This document shows positions 34,709 through 44,762 of a stretch of 64,000 bases of DNA, piece after piece; the first letter of the stretch is position 1, and the number at the start of each line of letters is the position of its first letter. The translations under genes were made by a program, and so were the position numbers. Under the pieces are notes generated by a model. That model had not been told where the DNA came from, searched no databases, and was given only the letters and a program-made list of their open reading frames with translations. Source of the DNA: Clostridia bacterium (GTDB taxonomy: Bacteria; Bacillota; Clostridia; Oscillospirales; CAG-272); NCBI GenBank assembly GCA_017428635.1, contig JAFRQK010000008.1:1410-65409 (forward strand), in the 5' to 3' direction.

Positions 34709-37108
34709 GTGAAATACGACAGATCGCACGGTTTCGTCAAGATAAGAGCGGACGAGCTCTCTTCTTTAGCCGTCAAGCGCGGGGAAAAAAACGCCCTTTT
34801 CTCTCTTTTTTCCGTTTGCGATACGCCTGACGGGGGGGCCGACCTTACGTCCGAGCTTTCATCTTTCGACTTTAAGGAGAACGGCAGAGAGATCTCGCTT
34901 TGCGTTTCGGGCAACGTAAAATATACGGACGGTGAAGACCGGCTCACCGTATTGTCAAACAAAAAAGTAAGAAAAATACCCGATATCGTCAACCCGGCGT
35001 ACGACCGGGCGTTTTTTGCGCTCTCGGCCGTAAACGCTTTTATCGTCTGTTCGGCCGCCGGCCGCGGATCGGTCAGGCTCGTCATGTCTTTTGAAAAAGA
35101 AGAAGAGACCGCATCATGCTGCGGAGTGCTCGAACTCGATCTTCTTTCAAAAACGGTCGGTCTTCTTATCTCCCGGGCGCTCCCGCTCATAACGCTCGCT
35201 TGCGAAAGAGGGTCGGTGTGCCGTGATGAGCTCGCCGCTCTCAAATTCCCGTACGGGACGACGAGAGAAGGTCAGAGAGATCTTATGATCGAAACGATGC
35301 GCGTTATTCGAACGGGCGACAGGCTGCTCGCCTGCGCGCCTACGGGTATCGGTAAAACGGTCTCCGTCCTTTACCCGGCTCTCAAGTCGGTAGGCGCGGG
35401 ACTCTCGGACAAGATCTTTTATCTCACGTCCAAGGGGTTGACGGGTAAAGCCGCGTCCGATCTGCTCTCGCGCATATCGAACGAAGCGCCGCATCTGAGG
35501 AGCATAACCCTGGAGGCGAAAGAAAATCTATGTCCGGGCAGAGGGGTCAAAGACGGATGTTTCGACTGCCCTCTCAACGCCGATCTGCCGTCAGGCGATA
35601 CGTTTTTGCCCGTCGAGTACCGTCTCGCCGCCGCCGCGGGAGAGGTTTGCGCCCGGGGCGCCGCGGCCGCCAGGTCCTCCCTTCTGGAAGCGGCCGAAAA
35701 GTACAGAATCTGTCCGCACGAGCTCTCACTCAAAGTCAGCGAGTTCTGCGACGTTATCATATGCGACTACAATTACGCGTTTGACGGAGAGATCAAACTC
35801 CGCCGCTATTTCGGCGAAAAAGGAAACCCGGACGGCGAAAAATACGTTTTTCTCGTCGACGAAGCGCACAACCTTCCCGACAGGATAAGGGATACTTATT
35901 CGGCCTCTCTGAAACCGACGGATTTCGGTGAAATATTCGACCTTATAAAATCGGGAGCCGTCAGAGACGAAAAAGTCGAGGACGCGCTCGGCGATCTGTT
36001 TTCGGCGTTTGCCGACGTACTGGAAAGCTGCGACGATTCCTCTTCTCTTCGGCAAACGTCAAGCGGAGAGGCGCTCACCGGTTACTCGTCTCTTCCCGAA
36101 ACGCCGCCGGATCTGTATTCCGCCCTCGTCAAAATCAAAAAGGCGTTTTTGCCTTACGTAAAGAAGGAAAGCGAACACAGAGACGCTTTCAGGCGGGCCG
36201 TGCGGATCGTATCGAGATTCATTTTCTGCTCGGATTCCGCAGACGGAAAATTCAGATTCCTCGCAGAAAGGGAGAACAGCGACGTCACGTGTTCCGTTCT
36301 CTGCCTCGACCCGTCTTCCGTTATCTCGTCTGCGCTCCGCGTGGCTCACTCGACCGTAATGTTTTCCGCTACCCTCTCGCCTAAAGAGTACTTCACGGAG
36401 GTCACAGGTTTCCGCGACGAGGAATACGTTGAACTCGACTCCCCGTTCGATCCGTCAAATCTCTCCGTTATGATATGCGATTCGGTCAGCACCAGACTTT
36501 CCGACAGAAAGAAAACGGCGCCCGACGTTGCCGAACTCGTCGCGGCGGCGATCTCCGGGCTGCCGGGAAAATACCTCGTTTATTTTCCCTCGTTCGAATA
36601 TCTCAACGTTGTTCTGAAAGAGTTTTTGAAAATCGCCCCTGACGTTCCCGTAGTCGCGCAGAAAAGCGACATGACAGGAGCGGAGCGTAACAAATTCGTC
36701 TCGCTGTTCTCATCGGATAAATACTCCGAGCTTATCGGTTTTTCGGTCCTCGGCGGAACGTTTTCGGAAGGGATAGACCTTTCGGGCGATTCGCTGATCG
36801 GCGTCATCGTCGTCGGAGCCGGACTGACGGGTATATCGTCGTCTCTCAATATGATAAGCGAATATTACGACGAGAAATACGAAAAAGGATACGAGTTTTC
36901 ATATCTGTATCCCGCCGTCAACCGTCTTCAGCAAGCGGTGGGACGCGTTATCAGGTCGGAGGACGACCGGGGTATCGCGCTCCTGATCGATTCGCGGCTC
37001 GGGGAACCCTCCGTCGCCCGTCTTTTCCCGACTTACTGGCATCCGATAAAACTTGTGTCGGACCCTGAGTCCCTGTCCGGATGTATCAGTGACTTTTGGC
37101 GGAAATAA
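34709..37108 (+). CDS. XPD/DinG-family (Rad3-related) Fe-S DNA helicase with extra N-terminal domain
   Basis: Walker A APTGIGKT, DEAH box VDEAHNL, four Cys between them (LCPGRG..GCFDCP..ICPHE), C-terminal helicase motifs (QAVGRVIRSEDDRG). GTG start after AAAGGAGAG. The first ~190 aa are unassigned. Confidence 0.8.
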   Translation: MKYDRSHGFVKIRADELSSLAVKRGEKNALFSLFSVCDTPDGGADLTSELSSFDFKENGREISLCVSGNVKYTDGEDRLTVLSNKKVRKIPDIVNPAYDRAFFALSAVNAFIVCSAAGRGSVRLVMSFEKEEETASCCGVLELDLLSKTVGLLISRALPLITLACERGSVCRDELAALKFPYGTTREGQRDLMIETMRVIRTGDRLLACAPTGIGKTVSVLYPALKSVGAGLSDKIFYLTSKGLTGKAASDLLSRISNEAPHLRSITLEAKENLCPGRGVKDGCFDCPLNADLPSGDTFLPVEYRLAAAAGEVCARGAAAARSSLLEAAEKYRICPHELSLKVSEFCDVIICDYNYAFDGEIKLRRYFGEKGNPDGEKYVFLVDEAHNLPDRIRDTYSASLKPTDFGEIFDLIKSGAVRDEKVEDALGDLFSAFADVLESCDDSSSLRQTSSGEALTGYSSLPETPPDLYSALVKIKKAFLPYVKKESEHRDAFRRAVRIVSRFIFCSDSADGKFRFLAERENSDVTCSVLCLDPSSVISSALRVAHSTVMFSATLSPKEYFTEVTGFRDEEYVELDSPFDPSNLSVMICDSVSTRLSDRKKTAPDVAELVAAAISGLPGKYLVYFPSFEYLNVVLKEFLKIAPDVPVVAQKSDMTGAERNKFVSLFSSDKYSELIGFSVLGGTFSEGIDLSGDSLIGVIVVGAGLTGISSSLNMISEYYDEKYEKGYEFSYLYPAVNRLQQAVGRVIRSEDDRGIALLIDSRLGEPSVARLFPTYWHPIKLVSDPESLSGCISDFWRK

Positions 37109-37131
37109 TACGCTTTTCGGTCAATTGAATC

Positions 37132-37160
37132 TTGCTTTTCTCTTCAAATAATGATATAAT
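37132..37160 (+). promoter_or_regulatory. Candidate sigma-A promoter (TTGCTT, 17 nt, TATAAT)
   Basis: Read directly from the sequence, upstream of the GT2-GtrA gene. Confidence 0.5.
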
Positions 37161-37234
37161 AATATGGATATGTGTTAATCGGTTTCGTACTCCAAAACGC
37201 GGCCGTCAGCCGCACTCTCACAGGGAGATATTAC

Positions 37235-38323
37235 ATGACAGAATCACTTGACGGCGTCTCGGTAATAATACCCGCTTACAAACCGGACGAAAAGCTTCTG
37301 ACCCTCGTTGACGAGCTCACTTCCGTCGGTTTCTCCGATATTATCGTCGTAGACGACGGAGGAGGACGGGACTTTGCGAAAATCTTCGAAGACGTCGCTG
37401 AGCGCCCTTTCTGTACTGTCCTCACTCACGAACTGAACAGAGGGAAAGGAGCCGCTTTGCGTACCGCGTTCACATTCGTAGACGAAGCGAGACGCAACGG
37501 GAAAGGGGTCGTATCCGCAGATGCGGACGGTCAGCATCTGCCCGAAGATATCAAAGCGTGCGCTTTGAAAATGATCGAGACAGGCAAGGTGATACTCGGT
37601 TCGCGCGATTTTTCCGATCCGTCGGTACCGAAAAGAAGCCGGGCGGGAAACAGGATCACGTCGATAGTTTTCAGGCTGTTCTTCGGAATGAAAGTCACCG
37701 ATACCCAAACGGGACTGAGAGCGATCCCGTATCAGTACCTGAAAGACGTCCTGCTTGCCAAAGGAGAGCGGTACGAATACGAAACCAACGCCCTTCTGAT
37801 TTTGAAGAAGAGATCGATCCCTTTTGAAGAATTAAAAATCAATACTGTTTATCTCGACGAAAACAAATCGTCGCATTTTCGCGCGGTAAGGGACAGTCTG
37901 CGGATCTATTCGATGATATTGAAGTACATAGCCGCTTCGCTCGGGTCTTCCCTTCTTGATAATCTTCTGTTCCTTCTGATCAACCTGATCTTTGATATCA
38001 AAGGCAACGTACTCGGCACGTTTCTCGCCTATATCTCGGCGCGAACGGTCGCAGCGCTCGTCAATTATCTGATCAACAAGAACGCGGTATTCGGCAAGGA
38101 GAAGAGCAGACACGCCATACTGAGATATCTCGCGGTAGCCGTTCCGCTCATGCTTATTTCCGCCACTTTCGTCGTGTGGATAGGAAAAGCCCTCGACGTA
38201 ATCAATCCGTATCTGAAAACGGTCATAAAGATGATCGTAGACACCATACTCTTCTTTGCAAGTTTCAGAATACAGCACCAGTGGGTGTTCAATTCCGCTG
38301 ACAAAAACAAGAAAAAAGACTGA
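37235..38323 (+). CDS. Fused family-2 glycosyltransferase / GtrA-like membrane protein
   Basis: GT2 N-terminus (VSVIIPAYKPDE, VVDDGGG, ADADGQH). C-terminal four-TM GtrA-like half (NYLINKNAVF). ATG 37235 preceded by GGGAGA. Confidence 0.8.
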   Translation: MTESLDGVSVIIPAYKPDEKLLTLVDELTSVGFSDIIVVDDGGGRDFAKIFEDVAERPFCTVLTHELNRGKGAALRTAFTFVDEARRNGKGVVSADADGQHLPEDIKACALKMIETGKVILGSRDFSDPSVPKRSRAGNRITSIVFRLFFGMKVTDTQTGLRAIPYQYLKDVLLAKGERYEYETNALLILKKRSIPFEELKINTVYLDENKSSHFRAVRDSLRIYSMILKYIAASLGSSLLDNLLFLLINLIFDIKGNVLGTFLAYISARTVAALVNYLINKNAVFGKEKSRHAILRYLAVAVPLMLISATFVVWIGKALDVINPYLKTVIKMIVDTILFFASFRIQHQWVFNSADKNKKKD

Positions 38324-38361
38324 TTAAAAAAGCGGCTTAGCCGCGGAACGGAGTGCGTTAT

Positions 38362-38934
38362 ATGACATTTGGCTTCATCGACAAAATCGACCTTGCGATC
38401 CTCGATTTTGTCAACAACCACCTGCACCTCAGTTTCCTTGACAAGATATTCACCGCAATAACGAAACTTGGTGACGAGGGAATCTTCTGGATCGCCCTGG
38501 CGATTATTCTTCTGTGCCACAAGAGTACCAGAAAAACCGCGATAAAGATGGGGATCGCGCTCCTGCTCGGTCTCGCCATCGGGAACGGGATCATCAAGAA
38601 CGTGATCGCGCGTCCGCGTCCTTACGTACTTGATACGAACCTCAATATAATACCGTGGCTTAAAGAGACGATCCACGACTGGTCGTTCCCGTCCGGTCAC
38701 ACTCTCGCTTCGTTTGAGGCCGCCGGTGTCCTGATGATGTGCGATAAAAAGAGATTCGGCATCGTTTCTCTTGTATTCGCGATACTGATCGCGATCTCCC
38801 GCATATACCTCTGCGTACACTATCCGACCGACGTGCTCGCGGGAGTCCTGCTCGGTCTGCTCTTCGCGTTTATCGCGTGCAAGGTCGTCGATGCGGTCGT
38901 GAATCTCTTCGCCCGCAAGAAATCAAAAAGTTAA
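38362..38934 (+). CDS. PAP2-family lipid phosphatase (undecaprenyl-diphosphatase-like)
   Basis: Motifs RPRP, SFPSGHT and SRIYLCVHYPTDV. Confidence 0.85.
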   Translation: MTFGFIDKIDLAILDFVNNHLHLSFLDKIFTAITKLGDEGIFWIALAIILLCHKSTRKTAIKMGIALLLGLAIGNGIIKNVIARPRPYVLDTNLNIIPWLKETIHDWSFPSGHTLASFEAAGVLMMCDKKRFGIVSLVFAILIAISRIYLCVHYPTDVLAGVLLGLLFAFIACKVVDAVVNLFARKKSKS

Positions 38935-38953
38935 TTCTTAATCCGGAGATAAT

Positions 38954-40531
38954 ATGAGACAGCAAAAGAGAAAAAGAAGCAAGTTCAAGTTCGCGTACGT
39001 AGTGTATCTTTCGATCCTTGCTCTGCTTGCGATCGCCGCTATCGTCTACGTGAAGGTCCTTCTTGTGAACTACGAACACGCTCAGCCCGAGTACATAGCG
39101 GTTTCACAGATGGACGAGTTGTCCTCTATGGTCAAAGACGGCTCGATCGAGAGATATTTCCCGTTCCCGAACGTTTCACAGGGGAAATTCGAGCAGAATG
39201 CGAACGTTAAGGAAAAATACTACGAGATGCTGTCAAGCGATCACCTGACGTGCATTCTCGAATCGAAGGAACTCGACGGAACGAGAGCCGTATATAAAGT
39301 CAAATCGGGCGAAGTTGAACTAGCGTCCATCGCGCTGAAGAGCGACGGCGTGCCGCATCAGAAACTCATTATATTCGTTTACTACGACTGGGAGGTCGAA
39401 TCGATCACTCCCATCGTCAAAAAGCAGAGTTACGACGTCGAGATACCCGCCGATTACAGCGTTTCCCTGAACGGGATCCCGCTCGGTCCCGACGAACTCG
39501 TCACCCCCGAAGAGGGATCGACTGTCGACGAATCGCTCAAGACGTATCATATCGACGGCCTTTATCTGCAGCCCGAGTTCCGTATCGTCACTCCCGAGGG
39601 AACTCCTACCGACTACAACATAGTCAAAAACAAGGTCACCCCGGTCATTTTCGACTACACTCTCGTTATCCCCTCTTCCCTCTCCGTAACGGTCAACGGG
39701 ACTGAAAACGAAGGGATAGACGTCGGCGACGGAATGGTACGCCACGCGATCAGGGAGATCTCGGAGCCGGAAGTGCTGATATCTGACTTATACGGAAATA
39801 CCGAAAAATACGAAGGCGGAAACAAGCTCCCGCTTACGTATAAGAGAATTTCCGTGCCGAATGGATATCAGATCCTCGCAGAAGGAAAAGAGGTCCCCTC
39901 GTCGTCATCCGAAAAGATCGACGACGCAGAGCTTGCCGAAGTCAGGAAGTTCGCGGATATTCCCGAATCTCTGCTTTATACGCTCGCAATTCTCAAAGAA
40001 GACGCCTCCGTTGCCGTCAGGGACGCGGCGGGCAACAACGTGGATCTTTCCGCTTACGCTTCGTCGGACGTGATCGACCTCTGCGGGACGCTCACGGGAG
40101 CCGACGCCGTGCCGGACGAGATAGCAAATCAGATAAACGTTCTGGACGTCGCCGAAAAGTGGAGCAAATTCATGTCCGCAGACCTTGAAGGATATAACTA
40201 CGGTTTCGGAACGATGGCCGAATATCTTATCGAAGGAACGAAGCTCTACAACGACGCGCTTAACTGGGTCAACGGAGTCGATATCACTTTCACGAGCATA
40301 CATACTCTCGGCTACGGCGAATACCCGCCTTTCACGGATGAAAAGGTATCGAACTACATGCGTCTTTCCGACGACTGTTTCAGATGCGATATCAGTTTCG
40401 TGAAGCATATGAACATTGAAAGACTCGGGCCTCACGACGAGCCCAACAACCTCCGTTTCTGGTTCGTTTTGCAGGAAGGCTACGCCGGTTCTTCGTGGAA
40501 AGTAGCGTATATGAAGGAGATCGTGGACTGA
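38954..40531 (+). CDS. N-terminally anchored extracytoplasmic protein, function unknown (525 aa)
   Basis: Basic N-terminus plus one TM segment (FAYVVYLSILALLAIAAIVYV). No family recognised. TGATG overlap with the next gene. Confidence 0.6.
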   Translation: MRQQKRKRSKFKFAYVVYLSILALLAIAAIVYVKVLLVNYEHAQPEYIAVSQMDELSSMVKDGSIERYFPFPNVSQGKFEQNANVKEKYYEMLSSDHLTCILESKELDGTRAVYKVKSGEVELASIALKSDGVPHQKLIIFVYYDWEVESITPIVKKQSYDVEIPADYSVSLNGIPLGPDELVTPEEGSTVDESLKTYHIDGLYLQPEFRIVTPEGTPTDYNIVKNKVTPVIFDYTLVIPSSLSVTVNGTENEGIDVGDGMVRHAIREISEPEVLISDLYGNTEKYEGGNKLPLTYKRISVPNGYQILAEGKEVPSSSSEKIDDAELAEVRKFADIPESLLYTLAILKEDASVAVRDAAGNNVDLSAYASSDVIDLCGTLTGADAVPDEIANQINVLDVAEKWSKFMSADLEGYNYGFGTMAEYLIEGTKLYNDALNWVNGVDITFTSIHTLGYGEYPPFTDEKVSNYMRLSDDCFRCDISFVKHMNIERLGPHDEPNNLRFWFVLQEGYAGSSWKVAYMKEIVD

Positions 40532-41931
40532 TGGACAGCAGAAAACGCCCGATACCGGGCAAGAATCAAACAGGACAGCAGAATAACGCCGCCCGACCCG
40601 TGAACAATACGGCGCCAAGACAGCACGCGGTCCATAAAACGCCCGAGGAACTTGCGCGCACGCGAGTCGTTCCGACCGTCAAGGGACAGAACTACCGCCC
40701 CGCCGCTCAGACCGGCAGACCGGCGGTCAGAAGAACTCAGAACGATAACCTTGAGTTCTCTGTTGCGCAGAATTCGAGAACCACGGCAAGGCAGAACGCT
40801 TCCCCGTCCGTTAACGGAAGACCTGCCGCCGGTCGGTTCGAGGAAAAGCCGATCGGGGTCAAGATCCTCTCAGGAATCGGCAAAGCGCTTGCGTTCTTCC
40901 TCACGTTCATCATCGTACTGCTGATCGTTTTGGCGGTCTCGTTCAAAATGATCGCTTCCAACTCCAACCCCGCGGCTCAGGAAATGTTCGTTACGACGCT
41001 TCTTGAGACCGGGCAGCTCAAATTCCTCGCGAATATGTTTGCGTCTCAGGAGGATATCGACAGGATCGTTAACGCCAACAAATCCGATACTATCGACGCA
41101 GACGTCGACACGTCGCTCATCAATATCAAAGGCGCGACCGGCAGCGTCGATATTTCGGGAGGCAAAACGACCCCGGACGTCTCTGACGAACCCATCGTGA
41201 TCGAGGAGATCGCCGGAGCAAGTTACCACGCGACGATGATGATCGTCAAGGATCCGTCGCGCGTCTCGGTAGCGACGATCTACCCGTGGCGCGAAGAAGG
41301 CGAAACGCTTGACCAGATCGCGAAAAGCTGCGGAGCGATAGGAGCGATCAACGGCGGCATATATAACTCATATAACAACTCGGGCGGCATGCCGTACGGC
41401 GTCGTCGTATCCAACCATGAGATCCAGTACAACAGGCCGGAAGACTTCGAGGGTTTGTACCTGATCGGTCTGACCGACGAGGACATTCTCGTGGTCATTG
41501 ACATCAACGGATGGAGCGCGGCTCAGGTCGAAAACACGATCAACGAGAAAAAGATCAGAGATGCGGTGACGTTCCAGGAAGAAGCCACCGACTCGAACAA
41601 CCACTTCGTGCAGCTGATCATTAACGGTGAAAAGAGAGACCTGAACGGCAAAGCGGGCAGCGGACTAAATCCGAGGACCGCGATCGGTCAAAGAGCCGAC
41701 GGTACGATCCTGATGCTCGTAACGGACGGAAGAGGAAAAGCCGGCCACCTCGGAGCATCGGCGGCCGACCTTATCGATATCATGGATAAATACGGCGCGA
41801 TCAACGCCGTGAACCTTGACGGCGGTTCGTCGTCCTGTATGTACTACAACGGAGATTACCTCATGACGAGCGTTACGTTCTATTACACTAACGCTTCGTG
41901 GAAACTGCCTCTGGCATTCGTCGTAAAATAA
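40531..41931 (+). CDS. Phosphodiester glycosidase (DUF2233/NAGPA-like) family protein, membrane anchored
   Basis: Disordered Q/R/P-rich N-terminus and one TM segment. C-terminal region has GAINGG, RTAIGQRADGTILMLVTDGR and NLDGGSS motifs. Confidence 0.65.
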   Translation: MDSRKRPIPGKNQTGQQNNAARPVNNTAPRQHAVHKTPEELARTRVVPTVKGQNYRPAAQTGRPAVRRTQNDNLEFSVAQNSRTTARQNASPSVNGRPAAGRFEEKPIGVKILSGIGKALAFFLTFIIVLLIVLAVSFKMIASNSNPAAQEMFVTTLLETGQLKFLANMFASQEDIDRIVNANKSDTIDADVDTSLINIKGATGSVDISGGKTTPDVSDEPIVIEEIAGASYHATMMIVKDPSRVSVATIYPWREEGETLDQIAKSCGAIGAINGGIYNSYNNSGGMPYGVVVSNHEIQYNRPEDFEGLYLIGLTDEDILVVIDINGWSAAQVENTINEKKIRDAVTFQEEATDSNNHFVQLIINGEKRDLNGKAGSGLNPRTAIGQRADGTILMLVTDGRGKAGHLGASAADLIDIMDKYGAINAVNLDGGSSSCMYYNGDYLMTSVTFYYTNASWKLPLAFVVK

Positions 41932-41941
41932 AAAATAATCC

Positions 41942-41986
41942 GGGCGGCGCGCCGTGTCCGGCGCGCCGCCCACTTTTTATTTTTTG
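41942..41986. terminator. Bidirectional intrinsic terminator
   Basis: 12-bp GC stem gggcggcgcgcc/ggcgcgccgccc followed by actttttatttttt. It overlaps the stop codon of the convergent ATPase gene. Confidence 0.8.
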
Positions 41987-44595
41987 CGGATCGAGCGCTC
42001 TATCAATTTGACGAGTTCGACCATGGGAATTATCGTGATCGATAACCCGAACGCAGTGAGAAATTCGATCGCCGAGATGGATTCGAACGAGAAGGCTTTT
42101 GCAAGCGGCGGGATGTATATGACCGCAACGACAAGAAGCAGGGCGACCGCAGCGGCTCCCCAAAGCCATAGATTCCGTTTTTTCAGAGTAAAAATCGAAC
42201 CGCGTCTGCTCCTCATATTGAGGGACTGGAAGATCTCCGCCATTGACATCGTGAGAAACGCCATCGTCATACCGTCCGGGCTGTTTGTGATCTCCCATAT
42301 GCCCGCTTCCATACGGTGACCTATAAAGTATGCGAGAAGCGTAAGGATCGCGACGAGCGCGCCCTGATAAATCACGTCAAATCCCACGCCGCCCGAGAAC
42401 AGCCCTTCTTTCGAGCTTCTCGGCGGTTTTTTCATGGAATCCTCTTCCGACGGTTCCATTCCGAGCGCCAGTGCGGGAAGCGAGTCCGTTATAAGGTTTA
42501 TCCAAAGCATATGGACCGGAAGAAGGAGCTTGAAACCGAGAAGCGTGGCAATGAATACCCCGAGGACTTCGCTGAGGTTGGAGGACAGGAGGAACTGGAT
42601 CGATTTCCTAATATTCGCGTAGATCCTGCGTCCCTCGTCGACGGCTCCGACGATCGTCGCAAAATTGTCGTCCGCGAGGATCATATCGGCAACGTTCTTC
42701 GTGACGTCGGTGCCCGTGATACCCATACCGACGCCGATGTCCGCGCTTTTGATACCCGGCGCGTCGTTGACGCCGTCTCCGGTCATCGCGCAGATCATTC
42801 CGCGCTTTCGCCACGTATTAACTATACGCACTTTGTGTTCGGGTTTGACGCGGGCGTAAACGGAGAATTCTCCGATCCGGTCGTACAGTTCCTCATCGCT
42901 CATTCGGTCGAGCTCGGCGCCGGTGAGAGCGCCGGAACGGTCGTTGAGCATGCCGAGGCTCTTCCCTATCGCGACGGCGGTATCGACGTGGTCGCCCGTT
43001 ATCATCACGACGCGGATCCCCGCCTCGCGGCATTCTTCGACGGCGTCTTCGACCTCGGGGCGGACGGGGTCGATCATACCTACGAGTCCGATAAAGCAGA
43101 GGTCGGACTCGGCTTCTTCCATCGTTTCCGGGATCGCGGTATAGCGTTTCATACCGGCGGCAAGTACACGAAGAGCGCCGTCCGCCATCCTTTTATTCTG
43201 CGCGAGAATATCGGCTTTCTTTTCAGGCGTCATCGGTTCGGCGCCGCGCGCCGTCATAAACAAGGTACACTTTTCGAGCAGTTCGTCAGGCGCGCCCTTG
43301 GTATAACTGATAAACTCGTCTGCGTCCGAGTGAACGGTCGTCATGAGTTTTCTGACTGAATCAAAGGGGAATTCACCGCATCTCGGCGTGATCGCGTCGA
43401 GATCGTATTTATAAAGACCTACGGACGCGCCGTAAGACACGAGCGCGTTCTCGGTCGGTTCTCCCGTGACGTTGCCGTCGCGGTCGATGACCGAGTCGGA
43501 ACAGAGCGTCATGGCGAGGGCGAGGAGTTCCCCGTTCTCGGTGTACGCCTCCACGACGGTCATTTTGTTCTGCGTCAGCGTTCCTGTCTTATCCGAACAG
43601 ATGACCTGAGTGCATCCTAGCGTCTCGACTGCGGTCAGCCTCCTGATAACCGCGTTGCGCTTCGACATCTTCGTCACGCCGATAGACAGTACGATCGTTA
43701 CGACAGCCGCAAGTCCTTCGGGGATCGCAGCGACGGCAAGGCTGACGGAGAGCATGAACGTATTGATCATCACGTCCGCGTTGACAGAACCCGATCTGAT
43801 AACGCCGAAAACAAACATGAACACGCAAATGGCGAGAACGGAGACCGTCAGGACGCGGCTGAGCGAGGACAGCTTTTTCTGAAGAGGCGTCGCCTCATCG
43901 CTCGCGGCCGCAAGCGCGCCGGCGATCTTGCCCATTTCGGTCTTCATACCGGTCTCCGTCACGACCGCGCGCCCTCTTCCGTAAACGATCGTACTGCCGG
44001 TGTAAACCATATTCGTTCTGTCGCCGAGAGGAACTTCATCTCCTTCAACGGGATCGGTGTCTTTGAGGACCGCGACCGATTCTCCGGTCAGCGCAGCCTC
44101 CTCCGCTTTGAGAGAAGCAGATTCAATGAGTCTGGCGTCTGCGGGAACGGCGTCGCCCGCTTCGAGAATAACGACGTCGCCCGGGACGAGTTCTTCGCTC
44201 TTGATATGGACGATTACTCCGTCTCTCAAAACTTTCGAAGTCGCCGCCGTCATCTCTCTGAGCGCATCGATCGCTTTCTCCGCTTTACTCTCCTGAATAA
44301 CGCCGAGAACGGAGTTCAGGATAACGATGAACAGGATAATGAAAACGTCGGTAGGCGGTTCGCCCTCCCACACTGAGGTTATCCCGGAGAGCACTGCGGC
44401 AACGATGAGAATGATGATCATCGGATCCGCAAGCTGTTTGAAAAACCGTTTTACCGGACCCGCGCGCTTTGCTTCCGCCAATTTGTTTTTCCCGTGTTCT
44501 TCGAGCCTCTTTTCCGCCTCCGCGGTCACAAGACCGTTTTCGGAGGAGGAAAGCTCGGTGAATACGGCGTTTACGTCTTTGGAATAGCAGTCCAT
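41977..44595 (-). CDS. P-type (PII, Ca2+/Mn2+-type) cation-transporting ATPase
   Basis: DKTGTLT phosphorylation site, IPEGLAAV, MITGDH, TGDGVNDAP, about ten TM segments. Start set to ATG 44595 (AAGGA RBS 6 nt upstream), because the listed 44631 start would read through a terminator hairpin. Confidence 0.9.
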   Translation of the reverse strand: MDCYSKDVNAVFTELSSSENGLVTAEAEKRLEEHGKNKLAEAKRAGPVKRFFKQLADPMIIILIVAAVLSGITSVWEGEPPTDVFIILFIVILNSVLGVIQESKAEKAIDALREMTAATSKVLRDGVIVHIKSEELVPGDVVILEAGDAVPADARLIESASLKAEEAALTGESVAVLKDTDPVEGDEVPLGDRTNMVYTGSTIVYGRGRAVVTETGMKTEMGKIAGALAAASDEATPLQKKLSSLSRVLTVSVLAICVFMFVFGVIRSGSVNADVMINTFMLSVSLAVAAIPEGLAAVVTIVLSIGVTKMSKRNAVIRRLTAVETLGCTQVICSDKTGTLTQNKMTVVEAYTENGELLALAMTLCSDSVIDRDGNVTGEPTENALVSYGASVGLYKYDLDAITPRCGEFPFDSVRKLMTTVHSDADEFISYTKGAPDELLEKCTLFMTARGAEPMTPEKKADILAQNKRMADGALRVLAAGMKRYTAIPETMEEAESDLCFIGLVGMIDPVRPEVEDAVEECREAGIRVVMITGDHVDTAVAIGKSLGMLNDRSGALTGAELDRMSDEELYDRIGEFSVYARVKPEHKVRIVNTWRKRGMICAMTGDGVNDAPGIKSADIGVGMGITGTDVTKNVADMILADDNFATIVGAVDEGRRIYANIRKSIQFLLSSNLSEVLGVFIATLLGFKLLLPVHMLWINLITDSLPALALGMEPSEEDSMKKPPRSSKEGLFSGGVGFDVIYQGALVAILTLLAYFIGHRMEAGIWEITNSPDGMTMAFLTMSMAEIFQSLNMRSRRGSIFTLKKRNLWLWGAAAVALLLVVAVIYIPPLAKAFSFESISAIEFLTAFGLSITIIPMVELVKLIERSIRKK

Positions 44596-44620
44596 TTCTT
44601 TTCCTTTCATAAATAACAAA

Positions 44621-44757
44621 GAGACTCGCATACAGAAACGTTTTCTGTATGTGAGTCTCGTTAAATTAAGGCTGACCAGACGGGCAAAGCGCCGCGCCGG
44701 GTGTTGGCTTCGCCGCGGGAAGATCCCGCAAACTACTCCCTCACTATTCTCTTTTCG
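44621..44757 (-). promoter_or_regulatory. Structured 5' leader with terminator; candidate yybP-ykoY (Mn2+) riboswitch
   Basis: Sits between a consensus promoter and the ATPase start. GGGAGUAG element at 44740-44733. Several GC hairpins. 18-bp terminator hairpin (44659-44621) followed by UUUGUUAUUU. Confidence 0.4.
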
Positions 44758-44762
44758 CAGAT

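Noticed and set aside
44596-44631. Longer N-terminus of the P-type ATPase (listed start 44631, MRVSLLFMKGKE...)
   Set aside because: Those codons lie inside the 18-bp terminator hairpin and its U tract and have no RBS. ATG 44595 has an AAGGA RBS at 6 nt.
44621-44659. Reading the 18-bp hairpin as a plus-strand element or simply the serA terminator
   Set aside because: On the plus strand no T tract follows. On the minus strand a consensus promoter lies between serA and the hairpin. An attenuator or expression platform for the ATPase leader therefore fits better, although it may also stop serA read-through.
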